From: Callorhinchus milii
Taxonomy: Eukaryota
Direction of reading: 5' to 3'
DNA length: 64,000 bases
NCBI RefSeq assembly: GCF_018977255.1
Contig: NW_024704743.1
Span: 94,118,001 to 94,182,000 of the forward strand
In this document: piece by piece, positions 12,646-26,193 of the stretch
How positions within the stretch are numbered: the stretch's first letter is position 1
Layout: the number at the start of each line of letters is the position of its first letter
Notes under the pieces: model-generated
What the model was told of the DNA's origin: nothing
Databases searched by the model: none
What the model saw: the letters and a program-made list of their open reading frames with translations, nothing else
Translations under genes and position numbers: made by a program

Positions 12646-14192
12646 ACACAATGCAAGTGCCTCCCAAAATGCAACTGTCTCCCACATCCAAACACAAAAG
12701 TTTAAAAAATGCTGTGGAAGGTTTTCTTTAATACTCATACTTATATTCATAAGCTTTTAAAATCCACCCATATTATCTTCCTTGAAACAAACTACTTTGC
12801 CTTTAAAATTGTCGTATTCTTTCAAAGGCCAAAACCAATACTCCTACTCAACAACTTTAGGTTCTTTGCTGCTGCCAGTGATGGGCTCTTTAATGCCATA
12901 ACATAAATACAACATTTCTTTCAGTGATGGAGAGATCCAGGGGCAGAGAGCCAGTGCTGACCCACTCGACTTTGTTTTTGGTGGAGCTGAGGAGAGGTCT
13001 GCTTATACACAGGTAAGCCCTTATGCAAAGCTCTGCTAACTGACACAGGTCAATCTTTAATTTTACTACAAGATAAAAAGCCCAGTTCTTTTAATAACAT
13101 TCGAAATAAGATTTTTTAAATATCTTACAGCAGGCCAATGGACTGCCCTGGAGCTTTTAATGGCTCAGCCTTTCTTTGAAATTGAACTAATTTCCTTTTT
13201 TACTGCCTGCATTTATATTGCAGCACTGCAAGTCAGTTTTCTGAAGGAATAGACCCACAAGGAGATTCAGACAGATAGGTTCCAGCACCTCAGACAGGAT
13301 TAATACTGAGTGATGTACAATTAGATCTTTGTACAAGTGACAAATTAAAGCTAGTCAGCAGAATTTTTAAATCATTGATTTATTGGTTTACTTATGCACA
13401 AATTACTTGCTAGTACAGAATAAGCCATTCCAAGCAGAAGGTTGCTTTAATAGTCTAGAATTGGCCCACTCAAACTAGCTACAGCTGGAACAGCTCAATA
13501 AAGTGCTACCGAAAGAACAAACACTGCAACTCCTCCTCCAACTAGCACGTCAAGACTGCACAGTCATCTGGCGATATCACACCAGCAGCTTCACCACTTT
13601 GTGAATGAATTAACTGCTCTCGATCTGCTTGCTCCAAATCTATGAATTTGTTTACGAGCAGCAGTTGCTGAGAAAGGCATCAGGTAACATCACATGTGAG
13701 CAAATGACAGCATGAGTGCGCACACACACACACATACACATAGATCCTGCCAAACCACAAGTTTCTCAGAACAAAGCATGTGATGGCAAAATTGCCCACA
13801 GGAAAAACAAATCTGCTGCACTTGGGTTTCCAACAAGCACATGGGTAAAGAAAGCTAGTTTTCTTTAAAAAGTAAAGCAATGGATAGGATATGAATCTCC
13901 CAGCCTGATTATCCACTGCGCTTCAATAAATAAAAGTGCATGGCATTGTTATAGTGTTGTAGGGTCAATATAGGACCAAAATTGAACTAGAATTTATTAC
14001 ATCTTTTGGCATTGAAAGCTAGTGCTCCCTGGATGACTAAAGAAATTGGGATTAAAATTAAAACAGAAAAAGGAGCCTTATGATAAATGTCAGGTTCATA
14101 ACAGTAGAGAATCAAGTAGAATGCAGAAAGTACAGAGAATTTGAAAAGGGAATAAAAGAGACAAAGAGAGTGTATGAGAAAAGATTAGCAGA

Positions 14193-14530
14193 TAACAACA
14201 AATTACATCTGTATAGCGCCTTTCACGTCAAGAGACTGTCCCAAAATGCAAGATAGTCATGGATCTGCACCGGGCTGGTGGTTGGGATCAGGAGGGGTGG
14301 AGGGTGGGGAGGATATGGGTAGGAGGGCGATCGAAGGCATGGTCGAAGAGGAGGGTCTTGAGATGGATCTTGAAGGAGACAAGGGAGGGGGAGAGGCAGA
14401 GGGACTGTGGGATGTAGTTCCAAATGGTGGGCGCAGAGAGTCTGAAGGCCTGCCCGCTAACGGTGGGGCAGGCAAGGCGGGGGACATGAAGCAGGCGGAG
14501 GGAGCGGACAGGTTGGTAGGGGGTTAGGCT
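14193..14530 (-). mobile_element. L2 3' fragment
   Basis: Reverse complement of the 6700-7038 family, including the tail. Confidence 0.82.
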
Positions 14531-17496
14531 TAATAAATGATAACCAACACGCGGTTGTTAGGAATCATGGCGCACAAATATTCTAGGTCACCACACAGGC
14601 TATTTTTCACCATGCTATATGGCACAATTATTTATACAGACTGCTGCCCTCCTCCCACCCCCACACTAACACATGCAGGACTACATCAAATGCTATTATT
14701 GTTATTATTATTTTTCTGCCATATGTATATGAATGACACCCAACTCTATCTCTTTGACTCTACCCTCCAGTTCAGGACCACTGCTGTTCTGAATGATTGC
14801 CTGTCAAACATCAAATTCTGGATGAGTTCTAACTTTCTAAGGCTCATTGTCTAAAAGACTAAGGCTCTCATTCCCATCTCCCATCAGCACCATCTCTTCT
14901 CATCAATCTCATGACCACATCAATCTGCATGGGTGTTCATTCCATCTAAGGAATCAGTGCAAATCGTCTGTCCTGTTTGACCACTTTGCCTTGTCTCCTC
15001 CCTCTCCGCCATCAAAACCAACCTTAAGCCTAGGATTCCCAAGAAAGAAAACGGCTGCTGCCGACTCAGCGAAGCAAAAAAAGTTGACACAAAAAAAAGG
15101 CCACCAAGTCAAAAAGCGCCTCCTCATCAATCCATTCAGACACAATTCACTGGGCGCCATTGCCACATAACACGTCTCTCTCCTCTCAGAACTTTCCAAC
15201 TTATTTCCTTGAACATTACTGTACAAAATGAAGCTCCTCGCTTGATTGAAACTTCTGGTCACAACACATGTAGCTACTTACTTCAATTTGAAGCTCACTC
15301 CTACAGCAACTGCATGTGTTGTGATCAAAAGTTCAATCAAGCATTGTTCATTCACATTATGTTAGTACATACAACATTCATACCACTGTGAATTTCAGTG
15401 AAGAACCATTTTAAATAGGCTGTAATTAAATAGGTTTTGCATGTGTGTTATCGCATTCTCTCTCAGTCTCATGTTACACACTGTAGCCTACGCTCTCATG
15501 TTGTCTGCTAGGTCCCAGGTGCGCTCTCTAGTCTCTCTCACTCACATCCAGGCACTGTAAAAAGCCAACAACTTGCAAGGCAGTAAACAAAACGGTCAGG
15601 CCGGTTAAAATTGGCTGAGTGGGAAGCTTACTTAAGTCCCATCTCTTTGACTGTGCTTTCAACCATCATTCCCCTCCTTCCTCAGCTTCCCCCATCCCCA
15701 GGCAACAGTTCGAAGCGCTTTAAGTCAGTCTCCCAACGTGAAAAGCCCTATATAAATGTAAATTGTTTCTGTTGTTGCCAGTCAGCCACTTTGTTTCTAA
15801 ACACTCACTCATGACAGCAACAACAACAAAATTACATTTGTATAGCGCCTTTCACGTCGGGAGGACGTCCCAAGCACTGGGAAGATGAGCACAGATATCG
15901 ATCCCCAGTGACATAGTTGGCCCGATTGTGGGTTTTAACAGAATAAAACAAGAAAGTTTGTTGATAACTGGGGGGCAATTGAAGAGTCCTGCACTGCTGA
16001 GGCCAAAAATCAAACAATGCAATACCTTAAGTGATATAAAAATATTTTGAACTTTCAAACTCTTACAGTGTCTCTGACTTACATTGCCACCAAGGCCATC
16101 CATCATTCGCAGTTTCAGAATAGGCAGCCAGTTATTTGCTGTTGTATATTCCACCGTCTTCAACTAGGATCCTCTCTATCTATCAAGGACTGCTGAGAGT
16201 GAGAGTGAATGGTGCTAGGCCTGAATTTGGGTGGGGAGAATGGCAGAGTCATGTCTGAATGGGCGAGTGTTGGTGTAATGTCTGACTATGAGAGGGGCTG
16301 AGAGGGGCCAAGGCAGTGTCTGAGTGGAACAGGTGTCAGGGTCGTGTCTGAGTCGGAAAGGAGCTGGAACCTGGGTCATATCTGAGTGGAAGTGTACAAG
16401 TTGTTTTAGAAATATTTCACAACTTTCACAAAATGAATACTTTCATGCATTTTCAGATGAAAGTGAAACTAATTTCACTGTTAACTGGCATTATTTTGCA
16501 TTGAGAAAGGTATGGAAAACCTGAATTGCATGCTATTTAAGTCTCTAAAAGCATCATCAGAATTTGCAAAGACCACAGTTCTTACGTGTACAGAAATAAC
16601 ATGGGATTTTGATATTATTTTCTATTAATAAAATAAAAAATACAAATGCACAGATAGGTCACGGCTTCCTGTTTTACCGCCACAGGGCAATTAGGTATTT
16701 CCCCTACCAAAGAAGTGACGGAAATCATGTTTTAGAAGTATGAGAACGTTACTGTACTGTACACGTCAAGGCATCTGTATTTCACAAGTAATTACTGTCA
16801 AGTATAGTATGCAAAGGCGGCAGCTATTTTGCACATAGCCATGAGGTGAATGATCACCTGAACAGAAGGATTGTTGGGACACTGGGTAAACTCCCTTCTC
16901 TCTTTAAATGATTCGTGGGAATCTAACGTTCACCTGAAAACAGATGGAGCTTAGTTCAGATGCATTAGCCAAAAGACAGTACCTCTAACCCAGTACTGCA
17001 CTGGAATGGCAAGTGGGGTTTGAACCCACATCCTTCTGACGCAGAGGTGCTAAGAAGTGGAAATTCATGGCTTTGATGCTGCACTTCGACATAACAAACT
17101 GTGGCTTTCTTTCCACTCTATAAATGGAATCTTGTTGTTGTTGTTGTTGTTGTTCTTTTGCCATTGTTGATGCCGAGTCCACCAATTTATAGTCACTTAG
17201 TTGCTTTGATTATTAATAGTTTATTCTTGAAATTTATTCACTTATAGGAATATGGACAAATAGGGATGTTCCCTGGAAATCAATAATTTAAAGATCATTT
17301 TTGCCTGTCTAATAATGTTAATATCAACTACTAATGAGCATAAAACTGCAAGTGTCTATCCGAGAACTCCAATAGTAGCTACCGGAAAATTAAAAAATTG
17401 GATTTGCCCATGTTGTTCTTGAATTGTGTTACTTGTCAAACACTACCACTATTAGGTGCTCTGAGACACTAACCCGTGTGAAGGGCACTATATAAA

Positions 17497-17955
17497 TAAT
17501 AATAATCCTTGCATTTGGTATAGCACTTTATCACGTCATAGAGACATCTCAAAGCACTTCAAAGGATATACTATAAGGTGGAATGACTGTATTTTTGTGA
17601 GCGAAACACAGCAGCCAGTTTGCGTAGGCAATGTCCCACAAACAGCCATGGAGTGGGTGACCATTTTTTTTATTTGGGGGATTTGTTGGCCAGGACACTG
17701 GGAAACTCCCTTCTCTTTGCGAATAGGATGGGATAGGCATTTTTAACATTCACCTGAACAGGCAGATGGGAGCTTGATTTAATATCGCATCCGAAGGAAG
17801 GCACCTCCCGACAATGCAATACACCAACGACAATGTAATACATCCCCAGCACTGCACTGGAATGTCAGCTTCTTAAAGACTGTGTGATTCCAAGTCAGGC
17901 TTGAACCCACTACCTTCTGACTCAGAAACCGGAGTGCTACCCACTGAGCCTGGCT
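17497..17955 (-). mobile_element. Deu-domain SINE (family B), near full length
   Basis: Head gctcagtgggtagcactc...gagtcagaaggtagtgggttcaag, Deu core and tail. Confidence 0.85.
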
Positions 17956-18552
17956 CGACTCACAAATGCAAGTTGCTTTTCTTGTTGAATCTAATGCAGT
18001 TCTAAGATTCTGTTTTTTTTAAAACAGAGATGTGTTGTGTGAAATATGCCCATTTCTAAAAGAAAAAAAAAAGAAATTCACGTCTGAAAGAACACTGAAA
18101 CACTTAAAAAGAAATAAAACCAACTGTTGTTCTTTGAAAAGAATCAAAGATTAGGATGTTCTTTGTACTACAGTTGTTCCACTAGTAGCCTTAAAATACT
18201 GAGATCTGGGAGACAGATTGCCTGTTTTGGGGTGATCGACTGGGTGGAAGTTAAGACGACAACCGTTGGTGGGTAGTGAGATAGGGTCTTGAAAGTGGGT
18301 AAAACCTCAACCAGAATATGGTAACTCATACAACAAAAACACCAACTTGCATTCATATAGAGACTGAGAGAGGAACTGAAACATACCTGAGCATGAGAAA
18401 CAAAACTTTGAACTCGGAAAATAGTATTAAAATCAAGTCTCTATTGTATATCCCAAACCCTGAAATTTTGAAACTCATCTGCATATATGCATCTAAAATT
18501 CAAACCATGTACTGGTTTCAAATCCTCTGTAATTAAAATCGAATCGTCTTTA

Positions 18553-18927
18553 CAATAATAATAATCCTTGTATTTGATATAGCGCCTTATCACATCTTCG
18601 AGATGACTCAAAGCACTTCACAGAATATACTGAAGAGTGAATTGACTGTATATCTATGGCCAAAACGCGGCAGCCAATTGTGCACAGCAGTGTCCCACAA
18701 ACAGTCATGGATTGAGTGACCAAATTATGATTATTATTTTTTTGGAGGGATTATTCTCCCCAGAAAAGTGATCCGTCAATTGACTACCAACCGGGTTCCT
18801 ACTTACTGCTAGGTAAACAGGGGTATGTGGAGTAAGGAAACCTCCCTTATGTTTCGCCCTGCTCGGGAATCGAATCCAGGTCCTCTCGCTTGCAAGGTAA
18901 GCGCTCTAACCACTAAGCTGCAGGACT
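18553..18927 (-). mobile_element. SINE family A, full length
   Basis: Head agtcctgcagcttagtggttagagc...ggattcgattccc through to the (TAT)n tail. Confidence 0.9.
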
Positions 18928-19384
18928 ATATACCATATATAAAGAATGGTGAAATAGTAAATTGATGTCATCATAATTGAATTGTTGTGAAGCTTATTAA
19001 CCCTTGGAATTCATTCACCCAGATAGTGTCAAGACTTGGCAAATGCCCACCAATTAACTTCTTTCGATGTTTGCACGTAAATCATCAGAATTGAATGAAA
19101 TACTGGTGCTGTAAAACATCTACAAGCAGATCAGTTACAGAATTTCTAGTGATAAAATATGCATGAAGGCCATGCTCTTAAGGATTACACTTATGATCAC
19201 AGCCTCTATTATGATACAAAACAAAATATTTGCATCTGATTGCAAGTCTCATATCAATTACTTGCAGTGATAAGATACTGAAACTGTTTGGAATTGAACA
19301 GAGTATGGTTAAGGCCGCGGCAGACTTGCAAAAGTTAACTCAGGTAAATTCCGAACACTCAATAGCAAAGGGTGTTTGGCTTAC

Positions 19385-19662
19385 CTTGCATTTTGCTGAC
19401 CTACATTTGATGGCAAGGAAATATCTGACTGGTCTTTTCTGGTCAGCTGATTGTGAAGAATGTCTTTAACAGGAAGGCAGTACACTCTTTGTATAACAAC
19501 TTTCACATTTTGCTTTGTCCATCCTGCTGTTCCCTGGCTTTCAATCACTTCAAGCAGGGAGTCCCACACAAGGTTATCTGCAGACCAATGCGTAATACCC
19601 CTTTCCTTCTTAAGGCTTTCCTGCTGGGTTGCAGATGGATTTTCAGCACTCCTCGCTTTATC
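19385..19662 (-). CDS. SPIDR: SPIDR internal coding exon C
   Basis: Acceptor caaaacag|GAT in phase 0. Encodes DKARS...WDSLLEVIESQGTAGWTKQNVKVVIQRVYCLPVKD...QNA (recalled human DSLLDVVESQGAASW...VRVVVQRVYSLP). Donor AG|gtaagc. 278 nt. The acceptor has a weak pyrimidine tract, so its position is less certain. Confidence 0.9.
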
Positions 19663-21599
19663 CTGTTTTGAGAACACATTATCATTTCATTCTCTCAGCA
19701 TACTTGATCCAAGAACTCTTTTCCTATCACAAGTTTTATAGTCACAGTGTGGATTTTCTAACCCTCTGATAATGTTATGACCTCTGATATAATGCTACTG
19801 TAATTGCTTCCTGCACCCACATTTTTGTTGGCGCTAAAATTGCTTAAATGTCGATATTTACAATGTTGGCATTTAGACATCAACATTGTGATTACATGAC
19901 CTTGAATATACTGTAATGTGGCCTTCATTTACGACAAATTGTGGCTGCCTCCTAACTGTGAAAAGCAAGCTCTATTGCAGTAGATTTAGTTTTAACTATT
20001 CAGAAATATAATTATTAAAAACTCACAACATAGGTATTCAAAATTATGAGGAGTTTAATATGATACAATAAGAACTAACTAGAAAAAACTATCTTGGGGG
20101 GAAAGAGGTGTAATTGAGGTCTCCTTGGAGCTGAGCTTCCTCCAAGGTCACGTGCTTGACAACAGAATGTTGAAATCAAGTCAATCCTGTAGATCTTAGT
20201 TATCCAGTTCCACAGCCACAGTGATCCAGGGCACTACTGATGACAGGCGGTTAGCCTAACTCATCTTAATAATAGTCCTTGCATTTTGATACAGCACCTT
20301 ATCACATCGTTGAGACGTCTCACTACTGCTGGATGACTTCGTAAGGGCTTGGAGGTGCAGACAACTGAGGGCAATAAATAAAAACCCCCTTATTAGCTCC
20401 TGTGTTGTGATTTCTACAATTCACTTCATTTCAAACCCTCGTGATTTCAAGGAAATAATTTTCTCAGGATTAGAACAGGTAGAGCTCTTGCTCTCTTACC
20501 AAATGGAACTTTGGCCCAGAACTGGTGAATTTTGCTTCCTCAAGCTACAGAAAAAGTAATCTCTAATCTTGGCACAAGCTTCAGCCCACCAACTTCTGAT
20601 TCAGAGCTGAAAAGTGAGTCAAGTTGACAGCTGATAGTAGAACTTGAGCTACCAGATGACACGGTTCCCATCAAATCTGCTCATGCAATCTTTTTTGTTT
20701 TGAGTTATCTGACCTTACACAACCTCATCTAGGGTTGAACTCAGGGCTTAGTAATTGCTCACTGCAACTCAGTCTCCCTGACAGGGAATCTCTACCAACA
20801 TCCAAGAAAAATACAAAAAGCATGATTCAACATACAAGGAGTTAATTAAGACATAAGAAAAGGCCATTCGACCTGTCAAGCCCACTCCTTCCACAGATCA
20901 AACACAACTAGTAGTGGTCTCTTCCCCTTGCCTTTCCCTTTCTGTAGATAATTTGACTTAACATCTGGAACTCTCTGCCTCAATCTCTCTGCGTCTTTAT
21001 CAATCTTTAAATCCCACTTTAAGACCTATTTCTTTGACCACATCTATGATCACCTCCCCCTTCTCCCTTGCTCGGTGAACAATTCTGCCACGATGCATTG
21101 CTCTAAGACTCTATCCTGTGTGAAGGGCGCTATATAACTACAAGCTGTTGGTGACGATTGGGAAGTGTTCTATAATCTCTAATTCTAAAATTACTACCGA
21201 CCTCTATCCAAGGTCCAGATCTCTGTTTCGTGATTCTCAAGCTCCTCTTCTGACTTTTTAACTTTCCTTTAGATTTTGAATCTATTTTATTATGTCTGCT
21301 CTCCTGTCGTTCAGTTTGTTGTGTCTCTTAGCCAAGGGAAAGCTAAATAGACACTATGGGAGGTGGAGCCTCTCCCCTGTAACAACAGAGAGAGATACCA
21401 CTGTATAGGCAGTATGGCACTACCTCAAGGGTGAAGTGAGTCTCAAACATCCCAAGAGCATTTGAAAAGATAAGGGAGAACTTGTAAAGATATGAGAGCA
21501 GACAGAAGTGATTAGCAGAGGCAGCAGTGGGCAGGTTGTCCAGTTGCAGCTACACAACACTTGAGTTTTCCAATTGGTGTTTTAAAAATTAATTTGTGC

Positions 21600-21943
21600 C
21601 ATCAAACTCCAAGGAGATGCCAAACAGCAGCAACCAGCAAACAGCCATGAAGTTAATAACCATTATGACCTTTTTGTTTTATCTTGGGATTGTTGGCCAG
21701 GAAACCAGAAAATTCTCTTCTCTTTTCAAACAGTGCCACGGGATGTTTAATGTTCACCTGAACAGGCAGACTCGACTTTGGTTTAACATCTCATCTAAAG
21801 GACAGCACCTCCAACAACTCAGTGCTACCCCAGTACTCCAATGGAGTTTCAGACTCACTATGGGAGTTCCAAGACCCGATGTAAGAGTTGAACCCACAAC
21901 CTTCTGAATCAGAGGCAAGATTACTACCAACTGAGCCAGGCTG
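21600..21943 (-). mobile_element. Deu-domain SINE (family B)
   Basis: Head and Deu core align to 17497-17955. Confidence 0.8.
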
Positions 21944-22071
21944 AATAATATGAGTGAAATAAACAAAATCCACTTAGCTTTACTAATGAACCACAATAAC
22001 CTATTTAATAATGTCCTCCTTAGTTTAACTTGCAAGATTATTCAGAAAAATTGAATCGTGATGAAGCTCAC

Positions 22072-22279
22072 CTGATCACAATCAAAGTCGTGCTTTAGTT
22101 TTGAAGCAGTCAAGTTGAATCTCATCGCTAAAGATATTGGAGCTTTCCTGACCATTTCGGTTTGCCCCGGACAGCAATAATTATCTTTTGTTCCAGGATC
22201 TTTGTTTGAAAGTATCTTCTGGCTAAAATAAGTGCACAAAATAACAGGGCCCTCTTGATCCTGGATCACAAGCTTCTGC
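22072..22279 (-). CDS. SPIDR: SPIDR internal coding exon B
   Basis: Acceptor tttcttgtag|G completes the Trp codon TG|G from exon A. Encodes QKLVIQDQEGPVILCTYFSQKI...ISLAMRF...DCDQ (recalled human WQKLIIP...PVILNTYFCEK...ISLAQMF). Donor CAG|gtgagc. 208 nt, ends in phase 0. Confidence 0.93.
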
Positions 22280-23385
22280 CTACAAGAAACAACAGATTCA
22301 AATGGATTTTATTACTTTTGTTAAAAAATAATACTTGCATTCAATAAATTAATAAATATACTGTTAGCAATATACTGTTCTGCAATTTGAATCAAATTGC
22401 CAATTCTGCCTTTCTTGCATTCTCTCTCATTGTGTTAACTATATAGAAGACCATTCAACACATACACAATCTGATTAATAATAAGAACAACAACTTGCAT
22501 TTATATAGCGCCCCTCACCATCAGTTCAAACTTTGAAACACAATACTAAAACTCATGAATCATGGAACAACATTTTCCCAGGATATAATTGCCATTTACT
22601 TGGGGGAAAAAGGTCCAATCACTTATTATTCTAAGCATTTGTGTTGTTTGTTCCCATCACTCTATCAGACCCCACTCTATCAGACTATGTACTTTCTCAG
22701 ACCATGTTGTTAGCCAGTTACATTGACAGTAATTGACTGAGATACAGTGTAAAAGATCAGTTGAAGAAATAAACAATTTTGCATTTTTATAACATCTTAT
22801 ATGTCAAAACATCTCAAAACTATTGAATGTAGTGACTAGTTTTTATAAGCAATCACCAGCAACCAAAAGCTTATTCTAATGAATGATAAAATATAAACAT
22901 TATTACACATCATATAAAAATGTGTAATTGTGTGAACATCTAACGATTGGTTATTGTGTGTGCAGCTAAGAATCAAATAGCTTTAAGTATGTATTGTAAT
23001 AGCTAGCTGAAGAATTTACTTTTGCCATTTTGCATTAAATTGAAATACTATATTATTGACATTTCAAAAGTTTCTGGCTCTTCATTTGTACTAAGACAAA
23101 AGTTTCTCTTTTTAAAAGCCTTTTGCAAACAGTCAGAATTTTACATGAGCCCCTTCATTCGTCTAAAGTACAGAGATACATAGGTGAAATCAGCACTACA
23201 AGTCAAACAGAAACTGCTCTAACTCAAGTAGGTGTTTTCTCAGAATTCCATGAATGCTGGGTACTCTAATTTAAATTCTCATCATCACTGGAGATTCTCA
23301 CGATATTTCTGAAAACATAAAGAGCATATATCCAGAGCTTGTAATCAATCTTGACTGATTTGCAGAGTGGTGAGCAGCTGCTATT

Positions 23386-23735
23386 TAATAATAATTCTTG
23401 CATTTGATATAGCGCCTTATCATGTCTTCGAGACATCTCAAAGCTCTTCACAGAATATACTGTATATTTTGTGGGAAAAGCGCGGCAGCCAATTGCGCAC
23501 AGCAATGTCCGACAAACCATCGTGGATCGAATGACCAAATTATATTTTTTTTTAGGGATTATTACCCCCGGAAAAGTGATCCACCAATCGATTAACTACC
23601 GGGTTCCTACTCACTGCTAGGTAAACAGAGGTGCGTGGAAAAGGGAAACTTGCCCAAAGTTTCATCCTGCCAGTAATTGAACCCAGGTCCTCTCACTTAC
23701 GAGGTGAGTGCTCTAACCACTAAGCTGCAGGACTG
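23386..23735 (-). mobile_element. SINE family A
   Basis: Aligns over its length to 18553-18927. Confidence 0.9.
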
Positions 23736-25122
23736 CACAAGCTACAAACCGCCAATTGATGGAATCATTGCTTGATGGATGGCAGGAAGATGGTGGAGGA
23801 TTTATCTGGAGGATTATTGACTTACTTCCCCATTTCAAATTGTGTTCCTTACTGAATTACACCCAATACAAAGCAACTATCAAAATATTAGCAGCAATGT
23901 ATTGTAGTCTCTTTACACCCAACTGAATTAACTTTGCCTTGATTGTGTCATCGGGCTTTCCAGCCTTCTATAAAACTTACAGCACCATAAAACCTGTATG
24001 TGACCAACATAGAAACACAGAACATTTGCAGTACAAATGGCTATTAGACACTCTCACCTTTAAATAAAGATGCATACATCTGTAAAAGTAGGTCTCTCAA
24101 CTACTCTGATCAGTTAAGATTCAGGTATTATTCTATTCTATTCAGTTATTAACATTTGGAGTACATTTGTTTTCTTTCTTCCTACTCCTAAAATGCATAA
24201 CTTCACATTTTCTACATTAAATTCCTTTTGCCAACTATCTGCCCACTCCACTAACCTGTCTTTGCCCTCGTGCAAGCACTCCAGGCTGCTACTCCGCATG
24301 AAGGGCGCTATATAAACGCAAGTTGTTGTTGTTGTGTTGCATATTGTAAACCTGCTTACAAGATACTGTGATACTCCAAGTTTCAAAGAAACATTGATTG
24401 CGTGCACAAACTGGACACATACCTAATAATTTAACTACCTGCCTGAGGGAATGTACTCATAGTGGTTTGTAGGCATAAACAGAAGCACTGATATGCATCA
24501 TGACATTTTCTGACTCCCATTGCATTACAGGGCAGTGCGGCTGCTCAAACTGTTACACCAAAGCCCTATTCCGCTGCCACGGTCTCCGTGGAGACAACAT
24601 AGCTTTAACTGTCTTGGGTTTGGCAAATCTATACTGGATGTTCACACTGTATTTTAATGTCTACAAGTAAAAATCCTAGCATAGCAAGAGTATCAAACAG
24701 TAAACCCTGGGAATTGTAGTTTTGGCAGCTGAGGCTGGCACTGACACGAACTGCAGTTCATAGAACATTACAAAATTGGTTACTAATGTGGCCCTTGTGC
24801 AAACAAAAATAATTTGTACATATCAATAAATGTAAGACGGTACTCAGAATAGCCATGGCTAACCTTGTTACTATGGGAATATTAAGGGCTTACTGCCTGC
24901 CAGTGCTCATGGTTCTCATCATAACTGGCATTTTCCAATGAAGCAATTCCCATAGTTAATCTTCCAGCCCCAAAAGCTATATTATTGCAATTTCAAAAAT
25001 AGTAATTTTTTCAAAGGTTGTTTCTAAATATCCCAAAATGTATCAAGATAAAGAATGATAAGAAACGCCGACTTATGTTTTATTACACAAATCTCTAGAT
25101 GTTTTGAAGGTCCCTTAGCAGT

Positions 25123-25570
25123 GGAGTTCTGTAGCTCAGTGGTTAGAGTACTCGCCTAACAAGTGAGAGGACCTGGGTTCGATTTCTGGCAAACATTGAA
25201 ACATTCAAACATTGGGCAAGTTTCTTTACTCCACGTGTCTCTGTTTACCTAGCAGTAAGTAGAAACCTGGTTGTTAGAAGATTGGCAGATCGTTTTTCCA
25301 GAGATAATAATCCCTCAAAAAAAATGTGGTCACTCAATCCACGACTGCTTATGGGATATTGGCTGTGCGCAATTGGAGTTCACGCTTTGCCCAATAATAT
25401 ACAGCCAATTCACTTTACAGTATATTCCGTGCAGCGTTTTGAGACGTCTCGAGTCCGTAACTCTGTCTGTCCAGCGCCTTGGGACGTCCTCCCGACGTGA
25501 AAGGCGCTATACAAATGTAATGTTGTTGTTGTTGTAAGGCGCGATATCAAATGCAAGGATTATTACTATT
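25123..25570 (+). mobile_element. SINE family A with an L2 tail inserted in its own tail
   Basis: Head ggagttctgtagctcagtggttagag...ggttcgatt; 25453-25534 matches the L2 3' end at 6959-7038. Confidence 0.88.
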
Positions 25571-26020
25571 ATTTCTCCCTTTCTGCAGCTTCAGCACGCT
25601 CTCAGACACACAGCACTTCATTTTAACTCGCCAATGATCTGGTGCGACCCAAACCATATTGACTAGAAGGTCGCACGTTCTATTCTAATCTGTAGTGAAT
25701 TAACTATTTTAGGTGGGGAACAGTTGAGACTTTCCAATTGACCTTAGTGCACCTTGGCCTGGGGAGTGGGAATAAAAACAAATTCTCATGCCTAATCACT
25801 AACCACTCCCTGCATATGTGTAGGTATTTTTGAGGACAGAATTGGGCTCAGCTGTAACACGTTGAATAATTTTTTTACCATGCACAGCCAATTGGGCAAG
25901 GTTAAAAAAACACAGCAGCCCCTCAAGAAAACTTACACTCCTGGAAAATAAAACTTCTTCCACCCTAGAAAATGAAAGGATTTTCTCTTTTCAAAAAAAG
26001 TAAACACTGTTTATTTAGTA

Positions 26021-26193
26021 CAGGGGTGACCAATCTGTGGCCCCCCCGAACAATGGCATGAGTCTATGTTCGATCGGTAGTGTGTTTTCAGTTTTTTCTT
26101 GATTGAATATTTCTTGATTTATGGCATATATCAAGAAATATTCAATCAAGAACATTTATTTTGTTGGCCAACCACAAAGATTGCCCACCACTG
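26021..26193. mobile_element. Short hAT-type MITE
   Basis: Termini CAGGGGTGACCAATCT and AGATTGCCCACCACTG (13 of 16 complementary); the 8-bp flanks atttagta/atccagtt match only 5 of 8. Confidence 0.6.

Noticed and set aside
16985..17185. PolyQ-containing ORF
   Set aside because: The Q run is a (TGT)n tract like a LINE tail, and the remainder overlaps a SINE.
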